Assembly: GCA_900551955.1 (NCBI GenBank)
Contig: UWSE01000001.1
Coordinates: forward strand, 5,813 to 69,812
Direction: 5' to 3'
DNA: 64,000 bases
DNA from: an uncultured Mollicutes bacterium
Lineage (GTDB): Bacteria; Bacillota_I; Bacilli_A; UBA3375
Each line of letters opens with the position of its first letter. Within the stretch, counting starts at the first letter, position 1. The notes beneath the pieces were generated by a model. It had not been told where the DNA came from. It saw only the letters and a list, made by a program, of their open reading frames with translations, and did not search any database. Of this stretch, positions 10,681 to 20,705 are shown piece after piece. The position numbers were made by a program, and so were the translations under genes.

Positions 10681-12619
10681 GCATTGCTAACAATTCATCT
10701 TCTTCAATTACTTTTATTCTTAAAGCTTTAGCTTGATCAAATTTAGAACCAGGATTCTGACCACAAATTACTAAATCTGTATTCTTACTAACACTACTAC
10801 TAACCTTAGCACCCATTGCTTCTAATTGTTTTTTCAAATCACTACGTTTGTAATGACTAAGAGTTCCAGTTAAAACAATTGTTTTACCACTAAAGATAGA
10901 ATCAATTGTTTCAACAATTGGTTCATCATTTTTTAACCCAAACTCATTAACCATTATTAAGATATTACTTTTATTTACTTCTTCACTTAAGTAATCTAAA
11001 ATACTTTTAGCGATTATATCTCCAACTTGGGGAATATTGATTAAAGTCTCATAATCAACATTAACAAAGTCAGTTAAAGTCTTAACTACTTTCATAATTT
11101 CTTTAGCAGTTTCTAAACCAACATGTTTAATTCCAATTCCAAATATAAAATTACTAGGATTAACACTTAATGATTTATTAATACTATTTAAAGCATTGTT
11201 TACTGATTTATCTTTAAATCCTTCTAGTTCATATAAATCATCACTAGTTAATCGATAAATGTCAACATACTCTTTAACTTTTCCTAACTCAATTAATTTT
11301 ATGATTGTCTTTTCACCTAACCCATCGATATTTAATGCGTTACGACTAATAAAATGCACTAAGCCTTCTTCATGACGGGCAGCACAATTAACATTAGGAC
11401 AATAGTGATCAGCATCTACTTTTATAAGTTCTGTATGACAAACCGGACAAGTAGTTGGCATAATGTAGGGTTGTTGATCTTTTCTCTCACTCATTACGAC
11501 ATGCTCTACCCGCGGAATGACATCTCCAGCTTTGATAATCTCAACTTGATCACCAATTCGAATATCTTTTTCTTGAATATAATTTAAGTTATGTAATGTG
11601 GCACGACTAATGACACTCCCCATTAAATATGTTGGTGTTAATATCGCATTCGGCGTGATCTTACCACTACGCCCTACGGTTAGTAAAATATCTTCAAGTG
11701 TTGTTGTGGCACTACTAGATTTAAATTTATAAGCAGTAGCCCAACGCGGATACTTACTAGTATTTCCTAATTGCTCTTGTAATTTATATTCATTTACTTT
11801 AATGACGATTCCATCAATTTCATAATCTAAGGTTTCTCGCATGTTTGTAATAGCATTGATGTAGTGAATAACTTCATCAATACTATTACATAATTTTAAT
11901 TGTTCATTTGTTCTAAACCCTAATTGTTTTAAATATTGCATTGCTTCATAGTAAGTATCAAACCCATAATCATGAGCATTAACTAAACCATAACAAAATA
12001 CATCTAACTTACGTTCTTTAGCAACATTACTATCTAATTGTCTAATTGTTCCTGAAGCTAAGTTTCTTGGGTTCTTGTATTCTTTATCGGATAACTCATT
12101 TACTTTTAAAAAGTTAGCTTTTGAAATATAAACTTCTCCGCGGACAATCATAGGTTGTTCTACTTGTTTTGGTAAGTCTTTAATTGTTAAGACATTATGT
12201 GTTACATTTTCTCCAATCTTACCATCACCACGAGTAACAGCTTTAGTTAAATGTGGTGTGTATTCTAAACTAATTGCTAGTCCATCAATCTTTAATTCAC
12301 AGACATAACTATAGCCACCTTTAACGCTATCTTTAATGCGTTGATCGAAGTTTCTTAACTCTTCTTCGTTAAAAACATTATCTAAACTTATCATTGGAGG
12401 ATTAAGGGTTTCTTTAACGAAACGTTGGTCAATAAATCCACCAACTTTTTGCGTTGGTGAATTTAAACGTTTAAATTGCGGGAATTCTTCTTCTAAGTCC
12501 CGCAATTCTCTAAGTAATTGATCAAATTCATAGTCTGATGTTAATGATTCATTCAATTGATAATAATGATAATTATACTTATCAATTAACTCATATAATT
12601 CAGCCATTCTTGAATCCAT
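10673..12619 (-). CDS. ligA: NAD-dependent DNA ligase
   Basis: 648 aa with the adenylation motif CELKIDG, the Zn finger CPVC...C..C, HhH repeats and a C-terminal BRCT domain. Confidence 0.95.
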   Translation of the reverse strand: MDSRMAELYELIDKYNYHYYQLNESLTSDYEFDQLLRELRDLEEEFPQFKRLNSPTQKVGGFIDQRFVKETLNPPMISLDNVFNEEELRNFDQRIKDSVKGGYSYVCELKIDGLAISLEYTPHLTKAVTRGDGKIGENVTHNVLTIKDLPKQVEQPMIVRGEVYISKANFLKVNELSDKEYKNPRNLASGTIRQLDSNVAKERKLDVFCYGLVNAHDYGFDTYYEAMQYLKQLGFRTNEQLKLCNSIDEVIHYINAITNMRETLDYEIDGIVIKVNEYKLQEQLGNTSKYPRWATAYKFKSSSATTTLEDILLTVGRSGKITPNAILTPTYLMGSVISRATLHNLNYIQEKDIRIGDQVEIIKAGDVIPRVEHVVMSERKDQQPYIMPTTCPVCHTELIKVDADHYCPNVNCAARHEEGLVHFISRNALNIDGLGEKTIIKLIELGKVKEYVDIYRLTSDDLYELEGFKDKSVNNALNSINKSLSVNPSNFIFGIGIKHVGLETAKEIMKVVKTLTDFVNVDYETLINIPQVGDIIAKSILDYLSEEVNKSNILIMVNEFGLKNDEPIVETIDSIFSGKTIVLTGTLSHYKRSDLKKQLEAMGAKVSSSVSKNTDLVICGQNPGSKFDQAKALRIKVIEEDELLAMLA

Positions 12620-12643
12620 AGTCCCCCTTGAAAATCTATAAAT

Positions 12644-12652
12644 ATTATACCA
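12644..12652 (-). promoter_or_regulatory. Extended -10 promoter element (TGgTATAAT) upstream of ligA
   Basis: The reverse complement reads tggtataat, followed by the RBS agggggac and the ATG at 12619. Confidence 0.5.
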
Positions 12653-12678
12653 TTTTCAACAAAATATATGTATATAAC

Positions 12679-12711
12679 AAAAAACAGTCCAAATCTTAAT
12701 TTTGGACTGTT
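12679..12711 (-). terminator. Rho-independent terminator downstream of ispH
   Basis: The stem acagtccaaa / tttggactgt is followed by a T-run on the minus strand. Confidence 0.75.
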
Positions 12712-12724
12712 TTCACCTTTATTT

Positions 12725-13681
12725 TTAGGGCTTTTTACGATTTCGTGGAATCATTTTTGAATAATGGGGTAATTCTGGTAAAATATGGGTATTTTTATCA
12801 AATTTATCGAAGTTTTCAATAAATTCTATAACTTGATTAGTTAATACACTCGGAGTTGAAGCTCCAGAGCTTACTCCAACCTTATTAACTTCATCATTTA
12901 ATAACCAATTGATATCTAATTTAGTGATATCTGAGATTAAATATGCTTTAGTCTTGGCTTTTTCTTCACAAACACTAACGAGTTTGTGAGAATTGTTACT
13001 TTTTTCGTCCCCAACAACGATACATAAATCACAATCCTTCGCTTCCTTCACTATCGCTTCTTGGCGCTCTTGAGTTGCACTACAAATTTCATTAATCACT
13101 TCTAGATTAGGAAATAACGATTGGGCTTGCTTAACTAAATCATTAACATCCCACATACTCATCGTCGTTTGATTAGTTATACATAACTTATCATTAGCCA
13201 AAATATCAACCAAAGCATTTAGTTCTTCACTATCTTCGACTAGATGGATATGATGAGGATCTATCCCCAATACTCCTTCTGGTTCAGGGTGATTATGTTT
13301 ACCAATATAAATAATATCATAACCCTTATCAATCTTTTCTTGAATGATGTGATGTGTTTTATACACATCACTACAAGTAGCATCGACTACATTAAGGCCT
13401 TTATTTTTTGCCTCATTAATTAAATGATAATCAATACCATGGGCTGTAATTATTACTGTCCCATGATCAACTTGATCTAGGATTTCTTTACGACTATTTC
13501 CGGTTAAAGTAATTACTCCTGCTTCACTAAACGCTTTAGTAATATTTTTGTTATGGACAATTTGTCCTAAAATATAGATTGGTCGAGGCATTGTGTCATC
13601 ACTAATCACATCATTAACAATATGCATAGCTTTAACAACACCATGACAAAAACCTCGTGGAATAATTTTTTTAACTTCCAT
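12725..13681 (-). CDS. ispH: 4-hydroxy-3-methylbut-2-enyl diphosphate reductase (MEP pathway)
   Basis: 318 aa with an IspH/LytB N-terminus (PRGFCHGVVKAM) and conserved Cys and His residues. Confidence 0.92.
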   Translation of the reverse strand: MEVKKIIPRGFCHGVVKAMHIVNDVISDDTMPRPIYILGQIVHNKNITKAFSEAGVITLTGNSRKEILDQVDHGTVIITAHGIDYHLINEAKNKGLNVVDATCSDVYKTHHIIQEKIDKGYDIIYIGKHNHPEPEGVLGIDPHHIHLVEDSEELNALVDILANDKLCITNQTTMSMWDVNDLVKQAQSLFPNLEVINEICSATQERQEAIVKEAKDCDLCIVVGDEKSNNSHKLVSVCEEKAKTKAYLISDITKLDINWLLNDEVNKVGVSSGASTPSVLTNQVIEFIENFDKFDKNTHILPELPHYSKMIPRNRKKP

Positions 13682-13682
13682 A

Positions 13683-16600
13683 TTACTCCTTACGAATTAA
13701 ATCTTTTAATTCATCAATATCTAATAATTCTAAGCTTGTAATTTTACTAGATAATAAATTTTGACTTAAAGCTGTTTTACTAGCTTGAATATCCATAATT
13801 CGATCTTCAATCGTATCCAATGTAATTAAACGTTTAACATAAACATCTTTTTGTTGACCAATACGATGAGCTCGGTCTGCAGCTTGATTCTCAACACTTT
13901 TGTTCCACCACGGATCAACTAATACAACGTGATTGGCGCTAGTTAAGTTTAATCCCGTTCCTCCTGCTTTAAGACTTACAAAAAAGACATTATGTCCTGC
14001 ATCAGTACCAAAGGCTTTAACCATACGATGACGCTCTTCTTTACTAGTTTTACCTGTCAAAGTAAAGTAATTTATACCAAGTTTATCCATTTCAACTTGC
14101 ACAATATCTAGCATTTTAACAAATTGCGAGAATACTAACACTTTTTCATTACGCTCTACACATTCCAAAATAATGCTAACCAACGATTTTATTTTCTCTC
14201 CACTAGGATAAGTTGGTTCAATTAAACGGGGATCAATTGCAATCTGACGAAGGCGCATAATCATCGATAATAATTCTACTTTGGATAAGTGATTATTAAC
14301 TGCAATTTCTTGTTGGTAACGTTGAATGTATTGTTGATATAAATTAGCTTGTTCTTGATTCATCGTATTATATACAATTTCCTCTAATTTTGAAGGAAGT
14401 GCGTCTAATACATCTTTTTTTAAACGGCGAATAATAAACGGTGCTGTTAATTTTTTAAGTACACGTAAACGACTATCATCATTATATGTCATAATTGGAT
14501 GTTCAAAGAAACGATAGAAACTTCGATAATTACCTAGATATCCAGGAATAATAAAGTTAATTATCGACCATAAGTCTTTAACTCCATTTTCAATTGGTGT
14601 TCCCGTTAAAGCTAAAAGATGTTTAGCTTTAATGGAAGTAATTGCTTTATAATTTTGCGTATTAAAGTTCTTGATGAATTGCGCTTCATCAAGAATAAAT
14701 AAATCAAAATTATATTTTTCATATAATTCTAAATCACGTTTCATTAAATCATAACTTGTTAAGATAATATCATAATCAAAAATTTTATCTAATATCTTAC
14801 GACGTTGATTAGCTTCTCCTACCACTAATACTGTTTTAGCATTAGGTAAAAAACGTTTAATCTCTTCTGCCCAGTTATAAACTAGTGAAGTTGGTGCTGT
14901 CACCAATACTTTTTTGTTTTCTTTTATAAAATAACTAGAAATAGCCAATGCTTGGATAGTTTTTCCTAATCCCATTTCATCAGCTAATATTGCACCATAA
15001 CCATGTTTTAATAAAGAAAGAATGTAACTAATTCCTTCTACTTGGTAATCACGCAATTGGCAATCAATGTATTTACCAGGATTAAAATCTTCAACTTTAA
15101 AATCTTTAATGCGTTTTAGTTGTGATAGAACATTTTGTGAAAAATGAAATTGGACGTCTTTAAACGCACTTCCAATATTTTCTAATAAAAATAATTTAGT
15201 CGGAGGTAATTCAATATTATCTAATTCTAGATTATCAATTGATAAGAATTGACACAATTGTAATAAATCATTAAATGCATTATTGTTTAAATTAACGATT
15301 TTATTGTTAAGTTTAACGACTGGGTTACGACCATTTACTTTTTTGAGTAAAGTAGATATTTCATTTTTCGTTAACCCATCAATATTAACATCTAAAATTA
15401 ATGAGCGATCATCTTCATCAACTTCAATATCAACATGTTCTACATCAATTACTGTAATATCATCAAAACTCGAAGTCGTACTAACATTACTAGTTAATGC
15501 TTTGATGATGTCTAAATAATGACTAAATAAGTAGTAAATATCTTCTACTTTTTTAATAATTAAACTATCTTCTTCTCGAACTGAAATTCTAGATAAAAGT
15601 TGATAAATTTTAATTAATTTCATATAGTCAATTGGTTTAGTAAAGTCATTTTCATGCAAGTAAATTAATTGTGGCATATGAATAATTACATTATCATCTT
15701 GATAGTCACAATTTAATTCAATATCTTCATAACCTAAAGACGAAAAATCATAATTTAAGTTTTCATCAATATTAATTTTCTCACTAATAACACTTTCAAC
15801 AAATATTTTAAAACGTAAATACTCCTTGATATCTAATTGTAGGTTTTGGTAAAATAGCATTTCTAATAATTGTTGTAATAACGGATCTGGATTTAAAAAG
15901 TAATTTAATTCATTCCCAATTAACCACACAAAACAATTACCACAACGACTAATATCTTTAAATTCAGAGATTAACTTCATTTTAACTAAATCACCTGATT
16001 GGCGAACACTTAATGTAAATGGGTGATCTGATGGTTGCAAGGAAATATGACGATAATCTTTATTTTTAAATGTTAGATTAACTTCAATATTATTATCAAA
16101 TAACATAAAGTATAAATCTGGATCAAGTATTAATTGCGATTTATCTTCACCAAGTAAGTCTAGATTAACTTTTAAGACACGGATAATTTCTTGACTAATT
16201 GGTGTAAACAACGATTGATCATGAATAATTTCACTAGACCCTGAATAAGTTCTACTACCTTTAGTCTTAAACAACTCAATAAATACTTTCAAATCATCAA
16301 TCAAGTAACTAGGAGAATATTTTTTGTTAATATAAAAAGAGACAACAAATTTGTCATCTTCAAAACTAATATGTGGCGTAATTCGCGACATATTAGTTTC
16401 AATTAATGAAGATAATTGTGTTTGATATTGATCAATCACATCAATAAGGACCGGACTAGGTTCTGTTGAATTTAGTTTTTCAACACTAATATCATCAAAA
16501 CTATATGGTTGTAAATAATTAATCAAAGTTGCCATATGACGACAATTTTCTTTAGTTACATTATACTCATCACAATCACAACTACGTTCCCCACTTAAAG

Positions 16601-16814
16601 TGGCATGTTCACCTTTTAACATAATGTTAATTTTGGTATGATAATTTTTATTACCGCAAATAAGATCAGCAGTTATACTTTTTTCATCAGTAAACTTATC
16701 AATCGTAACATCTAGAATATCAATGTCACAATTTTCTAATAACCTAATCCCATCTTGATATGTTTGTTCTTTAAAAAAAGCACTTTTAATTACGTCTAAA
16801 TCAAATAAAGCCAT
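13683..16814 (-). CDS. SNF2-family helicase/translocase with an N-terminal SWIM zinc finger (YwqA-like)
   Basis: 1043 aa. The SWIM motif is CDCDEYNVTKENCRH. The helicase motifs are DEMGLGKT (I), DEAQFIKN (II), TGTPIEN (III) and QAADRAHRIGQ (VI). Confidence 0.85.
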   Translation of the reverse strand: MALFDLDVIKSAFFKEQTYQDGIRLLENCDIDILDVTIDKFTDEKSITADLICGNKNYHTKINIMLKGEHATLSGERSCDCDEYNVTKENCRHMATLINYLQPYSFDDISVEKLNSTEPSPVLIDVIDQYQTQLSSLIETNMSRITPHISFEDDKFVVSFYINKKYSPSYLIDDLKVFIELFKTKGSRTYSGSSEIIHDQSLFTPISQEIIRVLKVNLDLLGEDKSQLILDPDLYFMLFDNNIEVNLTFKNKDYRHISLQPSDHPFTLSVRQSGDLVKMKLISEFKDISRCGNCFVWLIGNELNYFLNPDPLLQQLLEMLFYQNLQLDIKEYLRFKIFVESVISEKINIDENLNYDFSSLGYEDIELNCDYQDDNVIIHMPQLIYLHENDFTKPIDYMKLIKIYQLLSRISVREEDSLIIKKVEDIYYLFSHYLDIIKALTSNVSTTSSFDDITVIDVEHVDIEVDEDDRSLILDVNIDGLTKNEISTLLKKVNGRNPVVKLNNKIVNLNNNAFNDLLQLCQFLSIDNLELDNIELPPTKLFLLENIGSAFKDVQFHFSQNVLSQLKRIKDFKVEDFNPGKYIDCQLRDYQVEGISYILSLLKHGYGAILADEMGLGKTIQALAISSYFIKENKKVLVTAPTSLVYNWAEEIKRFLPNAKTVLVVGEANQRRKILDKIFDYDIILTSYDLMKRDLELYEKYNFDLFILDEAQFIKNFNTQNYKAITSIKAKHLLALTGTPIENGVKDLWSIINFIIPGYLGNYRSFYRFFEHPIMTYNDDSRLRVLKKLTAPFIIRRLKKDVLDALPSKLEEIVYNTMNQEQANLYQQYIQRYQQEIAVNNHLSKVELLSMIMRLRQIAIDPRLIEPTYPSGEKIKSLVSIILECVERNEKVLVFSQFVKMLDIVQVEMDKLGINYFTLTGKTSKEERHRMVKAFGTDAGHNVFFVSLKAGGTGLNLTSANHVVLVDPWWNKSVENQAADRAHRIGQQKDVYVKRLITLDTIEDRIMDIQASKTALSQNLLSSKITSLELLDIDELKDLIRKE

Positions 16815-16823
16815 GTATTGCTC

Positions 16824-17807
16824 CTAAATACTCGCCACAGTCAAGTAAATGACTTGCGCAATCTCTTCAGGTTTAGCTCCTCTTGATAAGTCATTTACTG
16901 GTTGACTTGCTCCTTGAATAATTGGTCCAATTGCTTTATATCCACCCAGATATTGAGCAATTTTATAACCAATATTCCCACTATTTAAATCCGGAAAGAT
17001 AAAAGTATTGATAGCCAAACTATTACTTTTACCTATTTTTTTCTTTCTTACTTCGATATCATATGCTGCATCAAATTGAATTTCACCACAAACACTATCA
17101 GCTAATTGTGGATAAGTGGAATTAAATTTAGTTAACGCTTGTTTAATAAATTCAATGCTATCTCCACTTCCACTACCTAAAGTTGAATAACTAAGTAGTG
17201 CTATATTAGGTGTTATCCCTAATTTAGAAGCAGATTGATATGTATCATAAATTAAATTAACATATCCGTCAACATCATAATCAATATTTAGTGCACAATC
17301 ACTAAATATTAAATTCTCTTCACCTTTTATTAATAACATATATGAAGAAATTAATTTTCCTTCTTCTTTTGCTTTTATTAACTTTAACATAGGTGATAAG
17401 ATTTCTTTGGTTGGATAACTACTACCACCAACTACACAATCAACATAGTTAGCTTTAAGCAACATCATCGCAAAACTAGGAGCATGGATGCTCCATTCAA
17501 TTAGGAATTCACGACTAATTGATTTCTTAAAGCCTTTCGTTTTGGACAACACATTATCAATGACTGTATCACATACAAACGGTTGTAATACTTTAACATT
17601 AATACTTTCATCATATCGATAATGAGCTAACTTTTCTTCTATAATATCAATTGCTCCTAAAAGGACAATATCCATATTTTTTAAATATTTCAAAGCTTCA
17701 AGAATACGTTCATCTTCTCCATCTGGTATACAAACAATCGGATGATTGTCTTGATATTGAGTATTAATTTTTTCGATCATTTTATCCATTAATGTATTCA
17801 TATCCAT
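16824..17807 (-). CDS. pta: Phosphate acetyltransferase
   Basis: 327 aa, PTA_PTB family (GGSSYPT, DCALN, NDLSRGA). Confidence 0.85.
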   Translation of the reverse strand: MDMNTLMDKMIEKINTQYQDNHPIVCIPDGEDERILEALKYLKNMDIVLLGAIDIIEEKLAHYRYDESINVKVLQPFVCDTVIDNVLSKTKGFKKSISREFLIEWSIHAPSFAMMLLKANYVDCVVGGSSYPTKEILSPMLKLIKAKEEGKLISSYMLLIKGEENLIFSDCALNIDYDVDGYVNLIYDTYQSASKLGITPNIALLSYSTLGSGSGDSIEFIKQALTKFNSTYPQLADSVCGEIQFDAAYDIEVRKKKIGKSNSLAINTFIFPDLNSGNIGYKIAQYLGGYKAIGPIIQGASQPVNDLSRGAKPEEIAQVIYLTVASI

Positions 17808-17816
17808 TCCTATAAA

Positions 17817-18644
17817 TTATTTCAATTCATCAAAAGTTTTAAAAGAAGATTTACACACTTCTTCTAGTGCATCTATACCATAAGTATCTTTGAATTTTTG
17901 GGCAGTTTCTTTTACATTACCACCTAATTCAATATCAACTAAAGGATATTTTTTAGAAATGTTAAGCATTTCTAATAGATAAATTCCTCTTGCTAAAATA
18001 CTAGCTAAAGCTACACATAAATAATTTGAATCAGCTTTATTTTCTAAAACTAAATCACTAGGCCACTCTAAATTAAATTTTTTAGAATATTTTTTAAAAG
18101 CTGCTTCGGTTGTAAATAAATCAATAACTGTTGTATCTTCCAAATCAAAAATATTTTTGTTATGGTATACAACTTTTTGTTCAATAGCATTTAACGGTTC
18201 TTGCATTTGATGATCATAAACTAACGTATATTTATAATCACAAATATCGCCGATTGTTTTACAAATTTGTAATATCTTTTTACTTTTTAATCTTTTAGAA
18301 TCACGAATATCAATAAAAGATCTTGATAACTTTTTAATTGATTCTTTTGTTAATTTAACACTAACATATACTGTTGGTCCAAAGAAGTCTCCTACCCCAA
18401 CTTCATCACAGCCAACATATCCTTCTTCACCACAATTAAGAATTAATTCTTCATAAAAATCTTCTTCAGCATCTCCTGTAATACTAACAGTATTATTGTT
18501 ATATACTAGCACGCGTGTATCTACTTCAGGGAAATAATAATGATGCGCAACCCATGACTCTTGTGGCGGTTGACGATATTCTTCTAAGTTAGAATACTTA
18601 GAAAAGTGTAAATCCATTTTCTTCGTTAGTGTTAAATTGAGCAT
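17817..18644 (-). CDS. rnhC: Ribonuclease HIII
   Basis: 275 aa with an N-terminal TBP-like region followed by RNase HII-fold catalytic motifs (GCDEVGVGDFFGP, DSKRL). Confidence 0.75.
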   Translation of the reverse strand: MLNLTLTKKMDLHFSKYSNLEEYRQPPQESWVAHHYYFPEVDTRVLVYNNNTVSITGDAEEDFYEELILNCGEEGYVGCDEVGVGDFFGPTVYVSVKLTKESIKKLSRSFIDIRDSKRLKSKKILQICKTIGDICDYKYTLVYDHQMQEPLNAIEQKVVYHNKNIFDLEDTTVIDLFTTEAAFKKYSKKFNLEWPSDLVLENKADSNYLCVALASILARGIYLLEMLNISKKYPLVDIELGGNVKETAQKFKDTYGIDALEEVCKSSFKTFDELK

Positions 18645-18671
18645 AAAATCTCCTTTTTTTGTTTATTATAT

Positions 18672-18699
18672 ATTATAACACAATATGTAATAAATACAA
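18672..18699 (-). promoter_or_regulatory. Candidate sigma-A promoter for the rnhC-pta-SNF2-ispH gene string
   Basis: The reverse complement reads TTGTAT, then 16 nt, then TATAAT, with TGt immediately upstream of the -10. Confidence 0.5.
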
Positions 18700-18760
18700 A
18701 AGAAGTCAAGAAAAATTGTATAATTTGAATATATGAGTTATAACTATAAAAAGGAGATTT

Positions 18761-19738
18761 ATGCAAAATTTTATTGTATTTTCGTTATTTTTCATATTAG
18801 CGGGAATTACATCTTATAGTGCGATGCAATTATCTAATGCTAGTGAAAAATTTGAGCAATATTCTAAATTACCACCGATATTAATTGGGGCCATATTAGC
18901 TGTCGCAACTTCACTTCCTGAATTTGCTACAAGTTTAACAAGTAACTTAATATTACACCAACCAACAACAACAGCGGCTAACCCCATTGGTAGTAACATG
19001 TTTAATATTGTTATCTTAGCTTTAATGAATATTATTTTTTATAAAAAAACTGTTAACTATTACCTAAAAAACAATAATAATGTTTTTAACACAATTGTTA
19101 TTATCATGTATTTATTAACTTTTACAGTAGCATTAACACCTACTACTTCTCCAGCATATCAATATATGTATATTGGTAATGTCAATATTATTACTATTAT
19201 CTTTATCTTATTATATTGTTTAGGATTAAAATTATCTAAAGATATGGATCAAGAAGAACAAACACATGAAAACAACCCCCAAGAATTAAGAAAAGCGATT
19301 ATTCGCTTTGCTATCTACTCTGTAGTTGTTATTGTAAGTAGTTATTTCTTATCATTAGTAGCTGATAAAATTATTGCCATTACAGGTCTTGCTTCAGGAT
19401 TCGTCGGAGCTGTATTCTTAGGTATAGCAACATCACTTCCAGAATTAATCAGTGCATTCTTGTTATGTAAACATGGAAGTTATAATATTGCCGCTAGTAA
19501 TGTAATTGGTTCTAACTTATTTAACTTTATTATAGTTACCATTAATGATGTTGTTAGTAAACAACCATTATGGAGTCAAGTCGATAGTAGTGTCTATCCA
19601 TTATACTTCTATGGATTTGTCTTATCTTGTATTGTCTTCTTTATGATTTCATTTAAAACAAAAAATAATGTACTAAACTTATTATTACCAATTCTATTAA
19701 TCGGAATTTATATCTATTACTTAATTAGTAATACATAA
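18761..19738 (+). CDS. Sodium/calcium exchanger (CaCA family) membrane protein
   Basis: 325 aa with two alpha-repeat motifs, ATSLPEFATS and ATSLPELISA. Confidence 0.8.
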   Translation: MQNFIVFSLFFILAGITSYSAMQLSNASEKFEQYSKLPPILIGAILAVATSLPEFATSLTSNLILHQPTTTAANPIGSNMFNIVILALMNIIFYKKTVNYYLKNNNNVFNTIVIIMYLLTFTVALTPTTSPAYQYMYIGNVNIITIIFILLYCLGLKLSKDMDQEEQTHENNPQELRKAIIRFAIYSVVVIVSSYFLSLVADKIIAITGLASGFVGAVFLGIATSLPELISAFLLCKHGSYNIAASNVIGSNLFNFIIVTINDVVSKQPLWSQVDSSVYPLYFYGFVLSCIVFFMISFKTKNNVLNLLLPILLIGIYIYYLISNT

Positions 19739-19740
19739 AT

Positions 19741-19766
19741 AAAAGGTAGTTTTTAAACTACCTTTT
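19741..19766. terminator. Bidirectional rho-independent terminator between convergent genes
   Basis: aaaaggtagtttttaaactacctttt forms a stem flanked by an A-run and a T-run. Confidence 0.7.
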
Positions 19767-19767
19767 A

Positions 19768-20532
19768 TTATTTAGCTACACTAGCAGGTTCAATATCTTC
19801 TGTTTCAAAATAATCTAATAGAACACTAGTTGGAATCGCCATCCCAATATTTTCAGCTCCTTGAGCTACAATTTTTTGCGATACAATTCCAATTAATTGG
19901 TTTTTATCATTAAATAATCCACCACCAGAGTTTCCTGGGCTAACTGCAGCATCAAATTGAATAAAATTAAAACTACTATATTTAGATTCTACTTCAGGAG
20001 ATGATACAACTCCTTTTGTAAATGAGTATCCAATTCCCATTGGATAACCAATAGCAAATACATCTGCTCCAATTGATGGTAATTTAGCACTTAATTGGAC
20101 CGACTTAGCTTCTCTAGGAACCTCATCTAACTCAATAATCGCTAAATCTAAGTCTTCATCAGAACATACGATTCTACCTTCAATCTCCGTATCTTTGTCA
20201 AAAGGGAACACTACATCTACAGTTTTACCAGTCACACCAGCAACTACGTGATGGTTAGTTACTACCTGTTTATCATTAATCATAACACCACTACCTGTAG
20301 CTTTTCCACTTCCAAAAATAGTTTCAACTTCTGCGCTAATCATTACAACTGACTTTTGATTAACCTCTGAGATATAAGTACTATCAATTTGTTTATTATT
20401 TAAATTATGAATTAATCCCACACTAGAAAAAATTCCAATTACTAATAAAAAGATTAACATAATTACATAAATCGTACGAGATTGTTTAATTGCATAAATT
20501 TCACCATTATCTTTTTTACTTATTACTTTCAT
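19768..20532 (-). CDS. Membrane-anchored trypsin-like serine protease (S1C/HtrA-like, no PDZ domain)
   Basis: 254 aa with an N-terminal TM helix and a catalytic triad context of TNHHVV, DLDLAIIEL and GNSGGGLF. Confidence 0.75.
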   Translation of the reverse strand: MKVISKKDNGEIYAIKQSRTIYVIMLIFLLVIGIFSSVGLIHNLNNKQIDSTYISEVNQKSVVMISAEVETIFGSGKATGSGVMINDKQVVTNHHVVAGVTGKTVDVVFPFDKDTEIEGRIVCSDEDLDLAIIELDEVPREAKSVQLSAKLPSIGADVFAIGYPMGIGYSFTKGVVSSPEVESKYSSFNFIQFDAAVSPGNSGGGLFNDKNQLIGIVSQKIVAQGAENIGMAIPTSVLLDYFETEDIEPASVAK

Positions 20533-20588
20533 TTAGCTCCTTAATATACATTTATTATATCAAAAATAATATCAGTTGTAAGACATTG

Positions 20589-20597
20589 TGGTATAAT
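20589..20597 (+). promoter_or_regulatory. Extended -10 promoter element (TGgTATAAT) for the thi operon
   Basis: tggtataat lies 10 nt upstream of the riboswitch P1 stem. Confidence 0.5.
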
Positions 20598-20606
20598 ATT
20601 TAAAAT

Positions 20607-20695
20607 GTCACGGGTACTACGTAAATGTGGTTGAGAAATACCGTTTACTTGATCTAGTTAATACTAGCGTAAGGAGACTATATACTAACCGTGAC
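20607..20695 (+). promoter_or_regulatory. TPP (THI-box) riboswitch
   Basis: P1 pairs gtcacgg with ccgtgac. The conserved core is gggtac...ttgagaaataccg...acttgatctagttaatactagcgtaagga, which closely matches the THI-box consensus (CUGAGA / ACCUGAUCUGGAUAAUGCCAGCGUAGGGA). The SD aggag starts 2 nt after P1. Confidence 0.88.
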
Positions 20696-20705
20696 CAGGA
20701 GATAT

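Noticed and set aside
13683-16814. The SWIM-SNF2 helicase as part of a phage-defence system (DISARM-, BREX- or Zorya-like)
   Set aside because: No methyltransferase, nuclease, PLD or other partner genes are adjacent. The neighbours are pta, rnhC and ispH with near-zero spacing, so a defence-island interpretation is unsupported.
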